Positions 52,590 to 64,000 of a stretch of DNA of 64,000 nucleotides are shown piece after piece. The DNA is from Rhynchobatus australiae (Eukaryota): NCBI GenBank assembly GCA_034780895.1, contig JAUZTB010000068.1, positions 18,280,409-18,344,408 of the forward strand, written 5' to 3'. The notes beneath the pieces are model-generated. The model was not told the DNA's origin, made no database searches, and saw nothing but the letters and a program-made list of their open reading frames with translations. Made by a program: the position numbers and the translations under genes. Within the stretch, counting starts at the first letter, position 1, and the number at the start of each line of letters is the position of its first letter.

Positions 52590-53250
52590 TACACAAAACA
52601 CTGTTTGGCCTCAGCTGGTGCATTGTGTCCACTTCAGGAAGGTTATGAAGGTTTCAGAGAATTACAGAAGAAATTTACAAGGATGGTTACAGGACGAAGA
52701 ATTACATTCACATGGATAGATTGGAAATATTGTGATTGTTCTCATTAGAGCAGAGAAAGCTTAGAGAAGATTCGAATGAAGTGTGTAAAATCATAATGGG
52801 TCTTGATAGAGTAATTGAAAGAAATGGTTCCCAGTGACTGAAGAATCCAAAGGGAATGGATTTAAGGTGGAGACACAAAAGACTACAGATGCTGGAATCT
52901 GGAGCAACACACAACCTGTTGGAGGAACTCAAGCATGTCAAGCAGCATCTGTGGGGGGAATGGAATTGTCAATGTTTCAGGTCAAAACCCTGCATCAGGC
53001 CGAAGAGTTTAAGGATTTAAGGTGAATGGGTAAAGAGTAAGAGGTGGCATGGAGAAAAAAATTTTAACCAAGTGATCAGGATTTAGAACACAGTGCTGAA
53101 GAGGATTATAAATACGGATTCAACTATAGTCTTCAAAAAGAGGTAACAGGGATACAGGGGAAAAGTAAGGAAATGAAGCTAATTGGAAGAGCTGGCACGA
53201 TCTCAATGGGCCAAATACCTTCCGTCTAAGTTGTACAATGTCATAATTCA
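52590..53250 (+). mobile_element. CR1 LINE 3' end, interrupted at 52870-53012
   Basis: KTLFGLSW/PQLVHC..HFRK; LFSLEQRKLREDSNEVCKIIMGLDRV; tail atgggccaaatacct. Confidence 0.75.
52870..53012 (-). mobile_element. Solo Penelope-type arm with fossil hammerhead motif and 12-bp flanking duplication
   Basis: ggatttaaggtg at both 52858-52869 and 53013-53024; homologous to 4757-4854. Confidence 0.75.
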
Positions 53251-54164
53251 ATAATATATCACAAGTCCTGTCACTGAGCACACATCATTCAGAAGCCAGA
53301 TGATAAAAAAGATTTTTGCACTTTGCTATAGAAGCAAAATAATTTTAAATGATGAGGGGAAAATAAATCATTTATGACTGAGTTTTCAAAGGTCTGAAAC
53401 TTGCAAGCTGTTACTGTTGTTTTCAAATTAGTATCAGAGCCTGAATATCCATTAAACCTACAACCCTAATCACCCACCCCCACCCCCACCCCCACCTCTC
53501 TGCACTGAGACAATGAGTGAGATACCAAATCTCAGCAGTGTGACACTCACCAGTTTCTCACAATCTTCAAAGCACATACCTTTTAATCAGCCCCTTTAAG
53601 AACACCATTGATCAGATCTCAAAATAATTTTATCACTGAGATGCTCAACATTCCCACTGTGAAATACATGTGCAGCGAGGCAGGATGAGAAGAGATCAAG
53701 GAAATTACAAGTTTCAATTTTATTTGAAAATTTCCTCAGGTTGGATCAGGTGTGCACCTCCCGGTCCCACGTTGATTCATGGGTCTTTTGGACTTCACAT
53801 TTCATTTCCTTTACCTGCCTTTGATTCATGTACCCAGTTCGTTTTGTTGGGTCTCCAAGTGTCTCCTATTGACATGTGATTTAATGCTCCTGCCACCAGT
53901 TGTTCCAGCCAGAATTGACCTAGAAATGGCCATGAAGTTTGGCAAAAAGGCCATTGGGTTAAAATGGTTCTGGCCTCCCATCAGCACACTAGGATGACCC
54001 AGCTGCTTGCCAGGTGTCTCCCATGCCAAACTCTTGCCATGAATTAAAATTAGAGCTAAAAACTTCTTAACCAATTACTTTTGCATCAGTGGAGCAATTC
54101 TGCACAGCAAGTAATTGTAGAGGTGCCTTGAGTAGACAGGATGAATGTACAAACATATATGTAT

Positions 54165-54905
54165 ATTAGGAACAGGAATAGGCCACTCAACCCCTCAAGC
54201 CTGCTCTGTCATTCAAGGAAGATTGTGGCTCATCTTATTGTAATGTCAAATGCACATTTCTATTGACCCATGGTAACCCTTCACCACACTACATATCAAG
54301 TACCTGTCTCTCTCCGCCTTAAAGATCTTCAAGGACACTGCTTCCATCGCCCTTGGAGGAAGAGAGATCCAAAAATTGATGACCCTCTGAGAGAAAACTG
54401 TTCTGAAATGATGATGTTTTGTTTTGAAATAGTGACCCCCAGTTCTAGGTTCTCCCACAAGAGGAAACATTCTGTCACGACCTCCCAGGATCTTTTATGT
54501 TTTTATCGAGTCCCTTCTCATTTTCTAAAACTCCAGTGGACAAAACCCTCACCTGTCTAACATTTCCTCAAAAGACAAGCTGTCCATTCCAGGTATTAGC
54601 CTAATAAATTGGTAAATTGTTTTTTTATTGTTACCGAGGTACAGTGAAAAACTTTGTTTTGCCTGCCATCCATGCAGATCAGTTCATCACATCAGTGCAT
54701 GAGTAAACTTTGAACTGGTTCCAACACATTAACATCCTTTTGTAAATAAGGAGACTAATACTGTACACAGTACTGTAGATGTAGTCTCACCAATGACTAG
54801 AGTAGCTGAAGTCTAACCGTCCTACTTTTTATTATCTTTAGCAATAAAGAATTACACTGTCAGCATTCCTAACAAATTGCATCACCTGCATACTAACCTT
54901 CTTAT
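54165..54905 (-). mobile_element. CR1 LINE 3' end with a nested LINE tail at 54609-54703
   Basis: MFPLVGEPRTGGHYFK..FSQRVINFWISLP; reversed tail attaggaacaggaataggcca. Confidence 0.85.
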
Positions 54906-55108
54906 GAATCAAGCGGAAGCCAAAACACCTGTGTGTAAGAGAAATGGAAAGGGATGTGATGGACATAGAAGTGGGATCTGAAGGAGGATGGAAGGAGGTT
55001 AGGAGGCAAAGGGGTCACTGAAGGGGAGGAGATCCAGCGATGGAGGGGATCAAGAATGAGAGGGATCAAGGGGAGGCTGTTTAACTGAGGATCTGGCAGT
55101 GGACAAGG

Positions 55109-55113
<5 letters not shown>

Positions 55114-55163
<50 letters not shown>

Positions 55164-55202
55164 TGTGCACGAGAGTGTGTATTTACCAGCAGGGGCCTAC
55201 AC

Positions 55203-55258
<56 letters not shown>

Positions 55259-55268
55259 GTGTGTGTGT
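55114..55268. repeat. Compound (TG)n/(AG)n microsatellites
   Basis: Two (TG)n tracts, each preceded by acctgt. Confidence 0.95.
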
Positions 55269-55329
55269 ATTAATGTGCATTGTGCAGAACCTGGTGTCCA
55301 GTCATCATAGACCCCCTTGCTACTGAACC

Positions 55330-55596
55330 AGAACCTCACCCTGTCAAATCTATGTTGTAGCTGATATGCAATGCCTATCCTACGTTAATCATGCCCTGGC
55401 AACTTCCACTCAATTTGAAGTCTGGAATCTGGAACATCAGAATCTTCAAGCACATTCCCAACAGTGACAGACTCCAAACTACCTCCCAACCCATCTGGTC
55501 AAGAACCTACTGCCCCACCTGCAGCAGCACATTGGCCTCATCAGCCACCCTAGGAAGCCAGGCATCTTTGATCCCAAGATACTACCTATAAAGAGG
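55330..55596 (+). mobile_element. Internally deleted RTE (BovB-like) LINE derivative
   Basis: LKSGIWNIRIFKHIPNSDR (55415-55471; cf. RTE endonuclease start LKFGTWNVRTL...NSDR) joined directly to CPTC..HIGLISHPRK (55511-55557; cf. RTE C-terminus CPTC..RIGL.SH.R.H) and an RTE-type 3' end. Confidence 0.65.
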
Positions 55597-58539
55597 ATAC
55601 GTGTGCGTTGAACGTGCTTCTTCAAACATGACCTAATATAACTTCCTCTGCATATTCCTGCTCATACTCCATCAGTCCTTTGTCACTGTTTTTTGCTTAC
55701 AATAGTTTAGCTTAGTACCTAATTCAATATTAGTTTGCTTAGGATGACTGGTACACTAACCACTTCTTAATGCAAAATAATCAGTTGACATTTCCACCAT
55801 TTCTTTGTTTTCACTTATATTACTGATAACCCCTTTTCTCCTATAATAACTTTCCATTGCATTGGTTTTAATATCCTTTGAAAACTTCTTTGCATAATTC
55901 CTTTTCAAAAACTGGGCTAATCAAAAATAGGTATTCCATTTATCTGGCCCAGTTTCCCCACAACACCCCCTCTCCCTCTTTCCTTCTCCCTGTTGGCATT
56001 TATTGAGTTATTGCCTATTCCTAATTACCTTTGAGAAGAGTTACCTACTTGAGATGAGTTGCAGAAATCCTTCCATGAAGGGGCTCCAGCGATGCTGTTC
56101 CAGGAGTTCCAGGATTTAAACCCAATGACAATACCATAGACTACGGTAAAAACTCTTCCTTGGTCACAGCACTAAATAAGCAGCGAGGTATCAACTGCAC
56201 ATAGTACACCGTTTCCAAAGTTCAATTCTGTTGCAGTTGATGGATCTGAGTTTCAAATGTGGTGTACAATGTGTATCTGCTAATATCTGCTAATGTTTGC
56301 CGGAAGCAACTAATGAAGAATTTCTACTCCACCTTCATGCCCCATTGTGTAAAGATCTTTGTCATCAGGAAAGTGGATATCTAACATTAACTCAAGTAAT
56401 TCTTGTATAGGTGAAATGTATTCACTGATATGGACCATTGTGCTGAGCAGAATGATTTGTTACAAGTATCTGTTACGCTACCTTTATTTGCATTGTTGTC
56501 AAGGGTCATATTGGGAGTAGTGAGAATTTCAGTTAGACATTAAAAGAATAGGGTAAAAGGGAACATCAAGTCTGCCTTTCTAAATTAATAATTACATAAG
56601 TTTAAGAACTAATTAATAATTGTTTTGATGATAATGCAACAGAAAGTACCTTATTGCATGTAATATTATCCTGCAATTCATAATTCTTTTAATGTTTTAA
56701 ATTATTCTTTTAAATATTATGCTAACAGTCATTAATGCAAACAAGTACTTTGCTGTTCAGGAAGGAGTTTTGGGGTCTTTAATGTTCATAGGTTAACACA
56801 TTTGCTGGTAGTCTAAATGTATTTCATTCACAGGCACAAAACACTTCCAACTTTAATTCATTTGTTTTTTCCCTCAAGTATTGCCAAATCCTGCTTAAAA
56901 CTTGCCAATCAAGCAAATATATTTCAAGAAATCTGTTAGCAGTGCTTACTTTTGATAATTTTCCGTGAACCATAGAAAGAAAAATACAATGCAAGGCATT
57001 TTTATTGTTCTGGTAAAATACCTCATTAAAGATGCTCATATCACCCGCAAATGTTACACCTACATTGCATACCGTGGAGCCAGGCTAATAAATTCTTGGT
57101 TGCTGTGTAATCAGTTCAGACATGGAACTCTTCCTGACTGCTTTGCTGAGGAATGGTCCAGATATTTATAAGTGAAACAAACATAAGGCAACAGAACGAG
57201 ATGTGATACTCACACAAAAGGATCCACACAGGTGGCGTGGTTATCATTGCAGTGTGGAACTGAAGTTAGTTTAGTCCCGTTGTCATGAATGTTGAGGCTG
57301 TCCTTTGCAGAGCCAAGGAATGGGTGCTTGTTCAGGTGAAAGGAATATGGCTGAAGAGGGATGGAAATTATGGCTGGAATGTGCCAGTGGGAGATCANNN
57401 NNNNNNNNNNNNNNNNNNNNNNNNNNNNNNNNNNNNNNNNNNNNNNNNNNNNNNNNNNNNNNNNNNNNNNNNNNNNNNNNNNNNNNNNNNNNNNNNNGCA
57501 TGAGATTTCCCCTTGATGTACATTTTAACTTTTTAGCTAGAAGTTCACTTGTCTCCTGCACCTTAAAATTTTACATTATTTATACTTCATTTGGCATGCT
57601 TCGGTATTAGGCCAAAGTAAACTCCAAGCCAAAGTAACACAGTATACATCATACTTTAGCTTAGATCACACACACGCTGTAATTTGAAACAGGATATGGT
57701 CAATTGGCTCTTATTTTTATGCTCTACAACACTCTGGAAATGTCCCTCTTTCTATATCACAGACACTGCTGAGAACCACACCACCAGAATGAACATTAGA
57801 AAGAAAATACCTGACTGTTTAAGCCACACCATTGGGCCCAGGGCAAAACTCAGTCATGGTTGCTGTTCTTACGTTTTAGTTCTGATTTTAAAAGAGGAAA
57901 GAATTACAAAAATGTATACTCAGATAATAAAAGGATTATTTCCAAAGAAGGACATTAAGATTTAAAATCCAAATTAAAGGGAATTTGGGAATCTAAGATC
58001 TGTTAAAAAAAATATAAGCCAGCCCTGCCATTGGCTGACATCGAACTTTCAATGATCACATTACCATTTCTGAATTTGTATAACAGAGGGGAAATTCAAA
58101 ATTTTCTGCAATATCCTATTAGACAATATGATAAAGAGAAGGTATTTGGTGTGTTTTATATAAATAAGCTAGACCTTGACCTCATAAATGTTCATTCTAG
58201 TGGATCATAGTTGAGAATATACCGAGGGAGTGAAGGACCCCTATTGTTCTACTGTGGAATCTGCACTGTTGAAAACTCTCCTTTAGACTATAATGTAACT
58301 TGTTTTTGTCAAATGCAGGATATTTTTCTCCCCTGTGAAGCAGATTTATATTTTAATTTCAATTTCTGATCATATTGTGGACTATGGTATGTGGGGAATG
58401 CGATGGTTTCACTGCTGAATGTCCAATACTTAACATGTTCCTTAACACTCTGCCAACTGCACAATAATTTGTACAATTGTTCCTTTGCTGTGCTTAAAAT
58501 CTAATGTTAATTTATTGCAATTATACACTTTATAAATAA

Positions 58540-59620
58540 TTAACAGCACTGAAACAGGCTACTTGGCCAGACTTGGCAGTGTCATTGTTTATGCTTCCCA
58601 CAAACTCTGTCCCACCCTATTTCATCTACTCTAGTCTGTCTTTTGCTTCTCTCTCTCTCCCCTTCCCTCATTTATCAAGCTGGCCTTTAACTGCATCCAT
58701 GTTAATTGTCTCATGTGGTAGACAATTCCACATTCTGATCACACTCTGGGTAAAGAATATTCTAATTAATTTTTTATTACACTTATAAATGACCAACTTA
58801 GATCTATGGCCTTGGTTTAAGAATTTCCCATATGTGGAAACATTTTCTCCATTTAAACCTCTGTAATTTTACAAACCTTAGTAAGACAGCCCTTTGGCTT
58901 CTTTTTGCCTGTGACCCTGTGGGCTTCCTCTGGTGTTTTGGTTTCCTCGTACAGCCTCTGAACATGGGTTGGTAGGTTAATTGGCCACTGTTAAATGCCT
59001 CTATTGTGCAGATGAGTGGTAGAATCTGGGGGCATTGATGGGAATGTAGCGAGGATAAAATGGGGTAGATGTAGGATTAGGATAATGGGTGCTTGATGGC
59101 CAGCGCAAATTTGATGGGCTGAAAGGCCTGTTTTCATGATGTATGACTCAATGACACTATTCAATTGATTCTAACCTCTCAGCTTTGGAATAGTCCTTGT
59201 AGGGCTTTTTTGTAGCTTTTCCAATGTCTCCAGAACCTATTAGGAGGCCAAAACTTTACGCAACATTCTGTGCCATCTAACCAAAATTTTATGCAAGTTT
59301 GCATATAAATTCCCTGCTTTCCAATTCTACAATGCTTTGTATTAATTACGACTGAATTAACTTGTTTTTTGACTTGTAATAATTTGTGGATGTGTATTCC
59401 TCCTTTTGCCCTCTATCCCCTTTAGACTCTTATTTTTCTTATTCCTACCTCCAAAATGTATCACTGTGCACTTGTCTCTAAAACATGTCAATTCTGCAAG
59501 AATATTTCTCAGTTTTCCTCAGGTTTAACCCTAATTTGGTGTGGTTTGAACATTTTGAAATAGCCCAAGTTAAAATGTTTACAAAATTGTAGACACAGTG
59601 GTTCCCGCACCAATCCTTTC
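58540..59620 (-). mobile_element. Old CR1 LINE, split by a SINE
   Basis: Reversed tail aacagcactgaaacaggc; ttccacattctgatcacactctgggtaaaga (reverse of FTQ.VIRMWN); continues after 59156. Confidence 0.65.
58910..59156 (+). mobile_element. Head-truncated V-domain SINE with CR1-type tail
   Basis: gtgggcttcctctggtgttttggtttcctc..ggtaggttaattggccactgt..gatgggctgaaaggcctgttttcatgatgtatgactc. Confidence 0.85.
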
Positions 59621-59989
59621 ATTCACCATTTGCAGCTTTTCTCCCGTCTGAATCGACATGTTTAAACCCTGCTCTCTATTTGGCTACTTGACTCCTGATC
59701 CATATACCCTGACCTCAGCCTCTAGTACATGGTAGCATATCAAATGCAAATTTCAGTTTCAGTCATTTTTTTTTATCCCCTGATACCTGCAGGATTATCT
59801 CAGTTGGTGCTCATATGAAGCTTCTGCAGTTACTACTTTTAACCAGGGCTGTCAGCAGTGTGATGATTTGAACATTTCCAATTGCTGCTCTTTGGAGATT
59901 GAAAGCTCCCTTTGGATGTAGTGAATAGATCAAAACTGAAAGCATGGAACTGAGGTTCTACTCTGAAGTGCAAATTGATTGTTGAATTC

Positions 59990-60782
59990 TGTTTCTTTGA
60001 CATCCAGCATTGGATGAGCAGGAAGTTCCTCCAATTAAATATTGGGAGGTCAGAAGTCATTATCTCTGGCCCACTACAGATTCAGTTCCCTAACCACCAA
60101 CTGCAATATTTGCCACAACTATTGTCTGAAGCTGAATCATATAGTTCACAATTTTGGTGCCCAGATGATCAAATGGTAACCTCACATCCTCTTTGTTACC
60201 AAGACCACACTCCTTTACATTTCCATATCTTTGTCTATTTCTGCCTCTGCTTTTGAAATATTTTTTTCTGTGCCTATATTGACTCATCCATAGCCCTTCT
60301 GTGCACGTCCTACATCTCATTCAACCATCACCTCTATGATTACTGACCTGTACTAGCTCCTGATCTAATAATGCTTAAATTTTAAAATTCTTATTTTTGT
60401 TTTCAAAACTCTCTGGGCTAATCCCTCCATATCATCCCTTGGTATTCTGATATTGCTATATCTACCCAGTTACCGAATCACTTTTTCATATTTCAAATCT
60501 CTTTATGACATAGAAAAAGGCCATTTGGCCCATCAAGTCTATGCCAATGGCTCAGCTGCCCTAATCTCTTTTCATTATTATTAGCAGCCATACCTTCAAC
60601 TGTTGCAACTCTTCCTGGAGGATTCTCCCTAAATCTCCTTGCATCTCTCTGCCTTAGAACTTAGCTCTAACAAAGCTTTTAGTTACTTGCTCGAATTTTT
60701 CCTTCCGTGACTCAGGCAATCCATTTGTTGATAAAGTTCCGGTGAAACACCTTTTCCCAGGGTAACTGCAAATGTTGTTGTT
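59990..60782 (+). mobile_element. L2 LINE 3' part
   Basis: DIQHWMSRKFLQLNIGRSEVI (cf. L2 DIQ.WM..NFLQLN..KTE); ends gcaaatgttgttgttg. Confidence 0.75.
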
Positions 60783-61199
60783 GGAGTATCAGCCAGCAAC
60801 ACTACAGGAATGCATATGCTTGGATCCATTAAACAACTTACTGCTCATGAAACATATCATTTATACAAAATTAGTTTGTCCTCATTTCACTTTTCTTAAA
60901 CATTCTATATTCCAGTACAATAGCTTTTCTTGAACGGCATGTGGAATAGATATGTAAACATTACGGAAAATGACAAGCATAGAACTCTACGTGAACGTTT
61001 CAATAACACAGCATAATTCATTCCTGTTTTATCTAGTAAACGGACTACTTTGGACTTTCAATGAGCCTACTTTGTTTCAGGTACTAAAAACGGAACATGT
61101 TCCTTAAACATTATCACTGCTGTTTAATCTGTATAATTTGTTCTATCTGGTTAATTGCTCTGGGGAGAGTTGATAGACTTCAGTTGCAAACTTTCCACT

Positions 61200-64000
61200 T
61201 TTTCTTTCTGTACAAAAATACAAAAAGTAAAACAAAAAATGAATCCAATTCGCGTGTTCTGACAATGCCCGACGATAGTCAATGTATGGAGAATGAGTGT
61301 ACCCTGAGTCTTCTCATGCTCCCAAACTCCCTCCAAGGTACTGTCTAACTTTTCCCTGGTCTCTGCAGCGAATGAGGAGTTTTAAGTGGGAAAACAATCC
61401 CATATCCCACCATCCATTCCCACGTTAAATTCAATTTTGAAACGCTTGCTTTTTTGCCGTCCCTGTGGGAGATTGCCTGGGCGATCTTTTATCTCTGTAG
61501 AGACCCGCGCCGCACGGAAGCAGGCTCTTCGGCCCATTATGTCCATGCAGACCATCAAGTAACCTTCTATACTAATCTCATGTACCTGTTTTGGGTTCCA
61601 CTGAATTTTGCATAGCAACTCTTCGATCTAAATAACTACATCCAATGTGCTGCATTTAAGACGTGCTGTGGAGGGAACTGGCCAAATTATTCTGTACAGT
61701 TACGTGCATCTTGTTATTTGACCGTTAATCATGCCCACGAATGAAGCTTATAAATGAAAAGTGCGATGCGTGAATGATTTTTCTTTATTGGCACTGCAAG
61801 GATGGAGATTGTTTCGATGTTTCTGCACTTCTGGTGAAATCTGCATCATGTCGCTTACATAAGATATGAGACTTAGAGTATCGATTTATATTTCACGCAT
61901 AGAAGTCAAAATACAACTGAAGTACAAGGCGTGTGTGAATCTCACCTACACGTATATATCTTGACTGCATTAACTCGAGACAGTAGGTGTTAAAACGGCC
62001 GTTTAAAAGTGCTTTACCCTACCTATCGATGGTTGACTGACAAATGCACTAATTTCACCCTCTGAGCAGTCAGAGGTGCATAGATTTGTAGACTCTACTC
62101 TTGGTTCCTCAGGGTACCCATCTACACAACGAAGGCGCCAACTAGCGCCAACACCGTGTTATTGGAGGCAAACCATACAACACCGAGGGACCCTTGTCCC
62201 ATTTAGGAAATGCGCTCTTGCACGCGGCCACGTCCTTCTCATGCAGTCTGTTATTTTGTTGAAAGTATCTTCTCATGGAATATTTCAAGTGCAAATTTAT
62301 TATATGTGTAATTGCGGCTGCACTGGGATCTCCTTCTGGGACTAACAATATATTGTTTGTTTTAATTTGCAACATTTTCAAGAAGGTGTTATCTAATTAA
62401 AACGGTAATATACTAAATTTAAACGGTGTAAGATCCAAAAGAGTGTTGTTGCAGGAGGTACATTAATTGTTGATGTGACCTATCTTGAACCGGCTCCTGT
62501 AAAAGGGGTCGATACTGGGATGGAACTGTGATGTAAATTGCAGATCCGTCCCAAACACAACACTGGAGAACAGAGGAGAGATTTCAGATTTACCTGTTGA
62601 AAAATTCAAATTTACCTGTTAACTGTGGCGAATTAATTCAGAATCTCATGGTTTTGTAAAGACTTGTGTAATAGTAACGGAAATATGTTATTCCTGATAG
62701 TAGGATTATGTTTGAATTGTTTAGAAAGTTGTTGGAAGGAGAGCTGATGAAAGGTGTCAATGCTTTGGAAATCGAAAGGGTTGAACATTCGATCAATCCA
62801 GTGATTTTTTAATATTGTTTTTAATTTGAAATCCAAAGGATTTTTTATTGGAAATCCAAACCGCATTCTTAGACAGGAAAATATTCACAAATAAGCTACA
62901 TTGTCCGATACATTGCGGAATGATCATAAATCCACATCTAGTTCAACCACTTCAAAATCAAAAGAAGGAGGCGGGAAGATCGGATTTTCAGGGATCTTTA
63001 GTGGAAGTTGCAGGAAACTGATTTGAGGTGTTAGTTTCACAACACTGAAATAATGACCTCTATCGGTGTGTGTGACTTCTCGCAGGGAAGTTAGCTTTCG
63101 TTAAATACACTTTGCATCACTTATACTGAAAAATCACGAGGCGTGTTGTGGCTGAATAGTGGTCCCAGAAAAACCCAACACAATAAACCAAACACTGAAG
63201 CAGTAAGTCATGAAGGAACTCGTGTCCCACCGCCTCAACCTAGTTTACCTTATCAATAAAACGCTCTCTTAGATATTTCGTTGGCCGTCTTGCACTAGAA
63301 TTCTCCAAGAAGAAGTAGATTTTTAAAAACTAACATCGAGGGAGTTCTTTATACAGGGGTTTTGATGAAATATGGATTCTTCTGTTACCCTCTGAAAACC
63401 AGTGTGAACAGTCCTGGCAGAGAGTGAGAACCTCGCCTTTTGACAGGGATAAAAAAGCCAGGAGCGGATTTGTTAGTGTGCAAAACATCACGGCGNNNNN
63501 NNNNNNNNNNNNNNNNNNNNNNNNNNNNNNNNNNNNNNNNNNNNNNNNNNNNNNNNNNNNNNNNNTCATTTTCAGAAAAGCGCCAGTAAACCAAAACTCT
63601 CAGTAAACTCAGCGCGTCTAACAGTAACTTGCAGATGAAAACATTCTCAGAGCTGGAGCAGAGCGCGCTCTATATGAAGGATAACAACAGTGACCAGTTG
63701 CTTCTGAATTCAGCGCTACTCTGCAGGTATCACTGCAGTGGCCAATGCAGCAGAGAAAGAGAGAGAACAGGCACTGACAACACGCGGCTTATGGCAAATT
63801 CTTGTGGGTATTTTATGGTGAAGGTTATTGACAGGTCTTACACCGCACTTAACAAACAATCTGTCACCGTTCTATATCCCTGTCTGTCATTTCAAACAAG
63901 GAGCTGTATATTTTGCAAACCCAGTATCGGTTAATAGGGTCAGGATGGACTGGGCGGAATTTACAGAAAGAAATCACGGTGGATATTCACCGCAAAACAA
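61200..64000. promoter_or_regulatory. CpG-retaining, repeat-poor region; probable CpG-island shore
   Basis: 15 CpGs in 63001-63495 versus 2 in 2001-2500 (hand count); GGCGGGA at 62970, CCAAT at ~63742, GGGCGG at 63952. Confidence 0.45.

Noticed and set aside
48538-55339. HT/CV-repeat ORFs (also the poly-Pro ORFs at 16399-16948)
   Set aside because: Translations of (CA)n/(TG)n microsatellites and the poly-C tract.
1270-59600. CACAGTG/CACTGTG heptamers as V(D)J recombination signals
   Set aside because: None of those I checked has a nonamer at 12 or 23 bp; several lie in SINEs; no Ig/TCR segment is visible.

Overview
Repeat-rich, CpG-depleted vertebrate non-coding DNA from a gapped draft assembly (many ~100-N gaps). 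The repeat families (V-domain SINEs, Deu-domain SINEs, CR1, L2, Tx1, Penelope) point to a cartilaginous fish; this is an inference from recalled repeat motifs, not a database result. I found no intact protein-coding gene, RNA gene or convincing exon. The ORF track is explained by N-gaps, microsatellites, chance ORFs and decayed transposon frames. The window is a layered record of dead mobile elements: CR1, L2, Tx1, RTE and Rex1/Babar-like LINE pieces, two Gypsy LTR remnants, Harbinger transposase remnants, and Penelope-like elements whose terminal arms carry fossil minimal hammerhead-ribozyme motifs. The most notable items are those hammerhead-bearing arms (two flanked by their own 12-15 bp duplications), a ~270-bp RTE derivative joining the ORF start directly to the ORF end, V-SINEs with two different LINE-derived tails, a triple-nested L2>SINE>LINE insertion, GATA-rich repeat-free stretches, and a switch to CpG-retaining DNA in the last ~3 kb that suggests a nearby promoter. 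I do not see a convincing undescribed biological system. Family names come from by-eye motif recognition and most boundaries are approximate.
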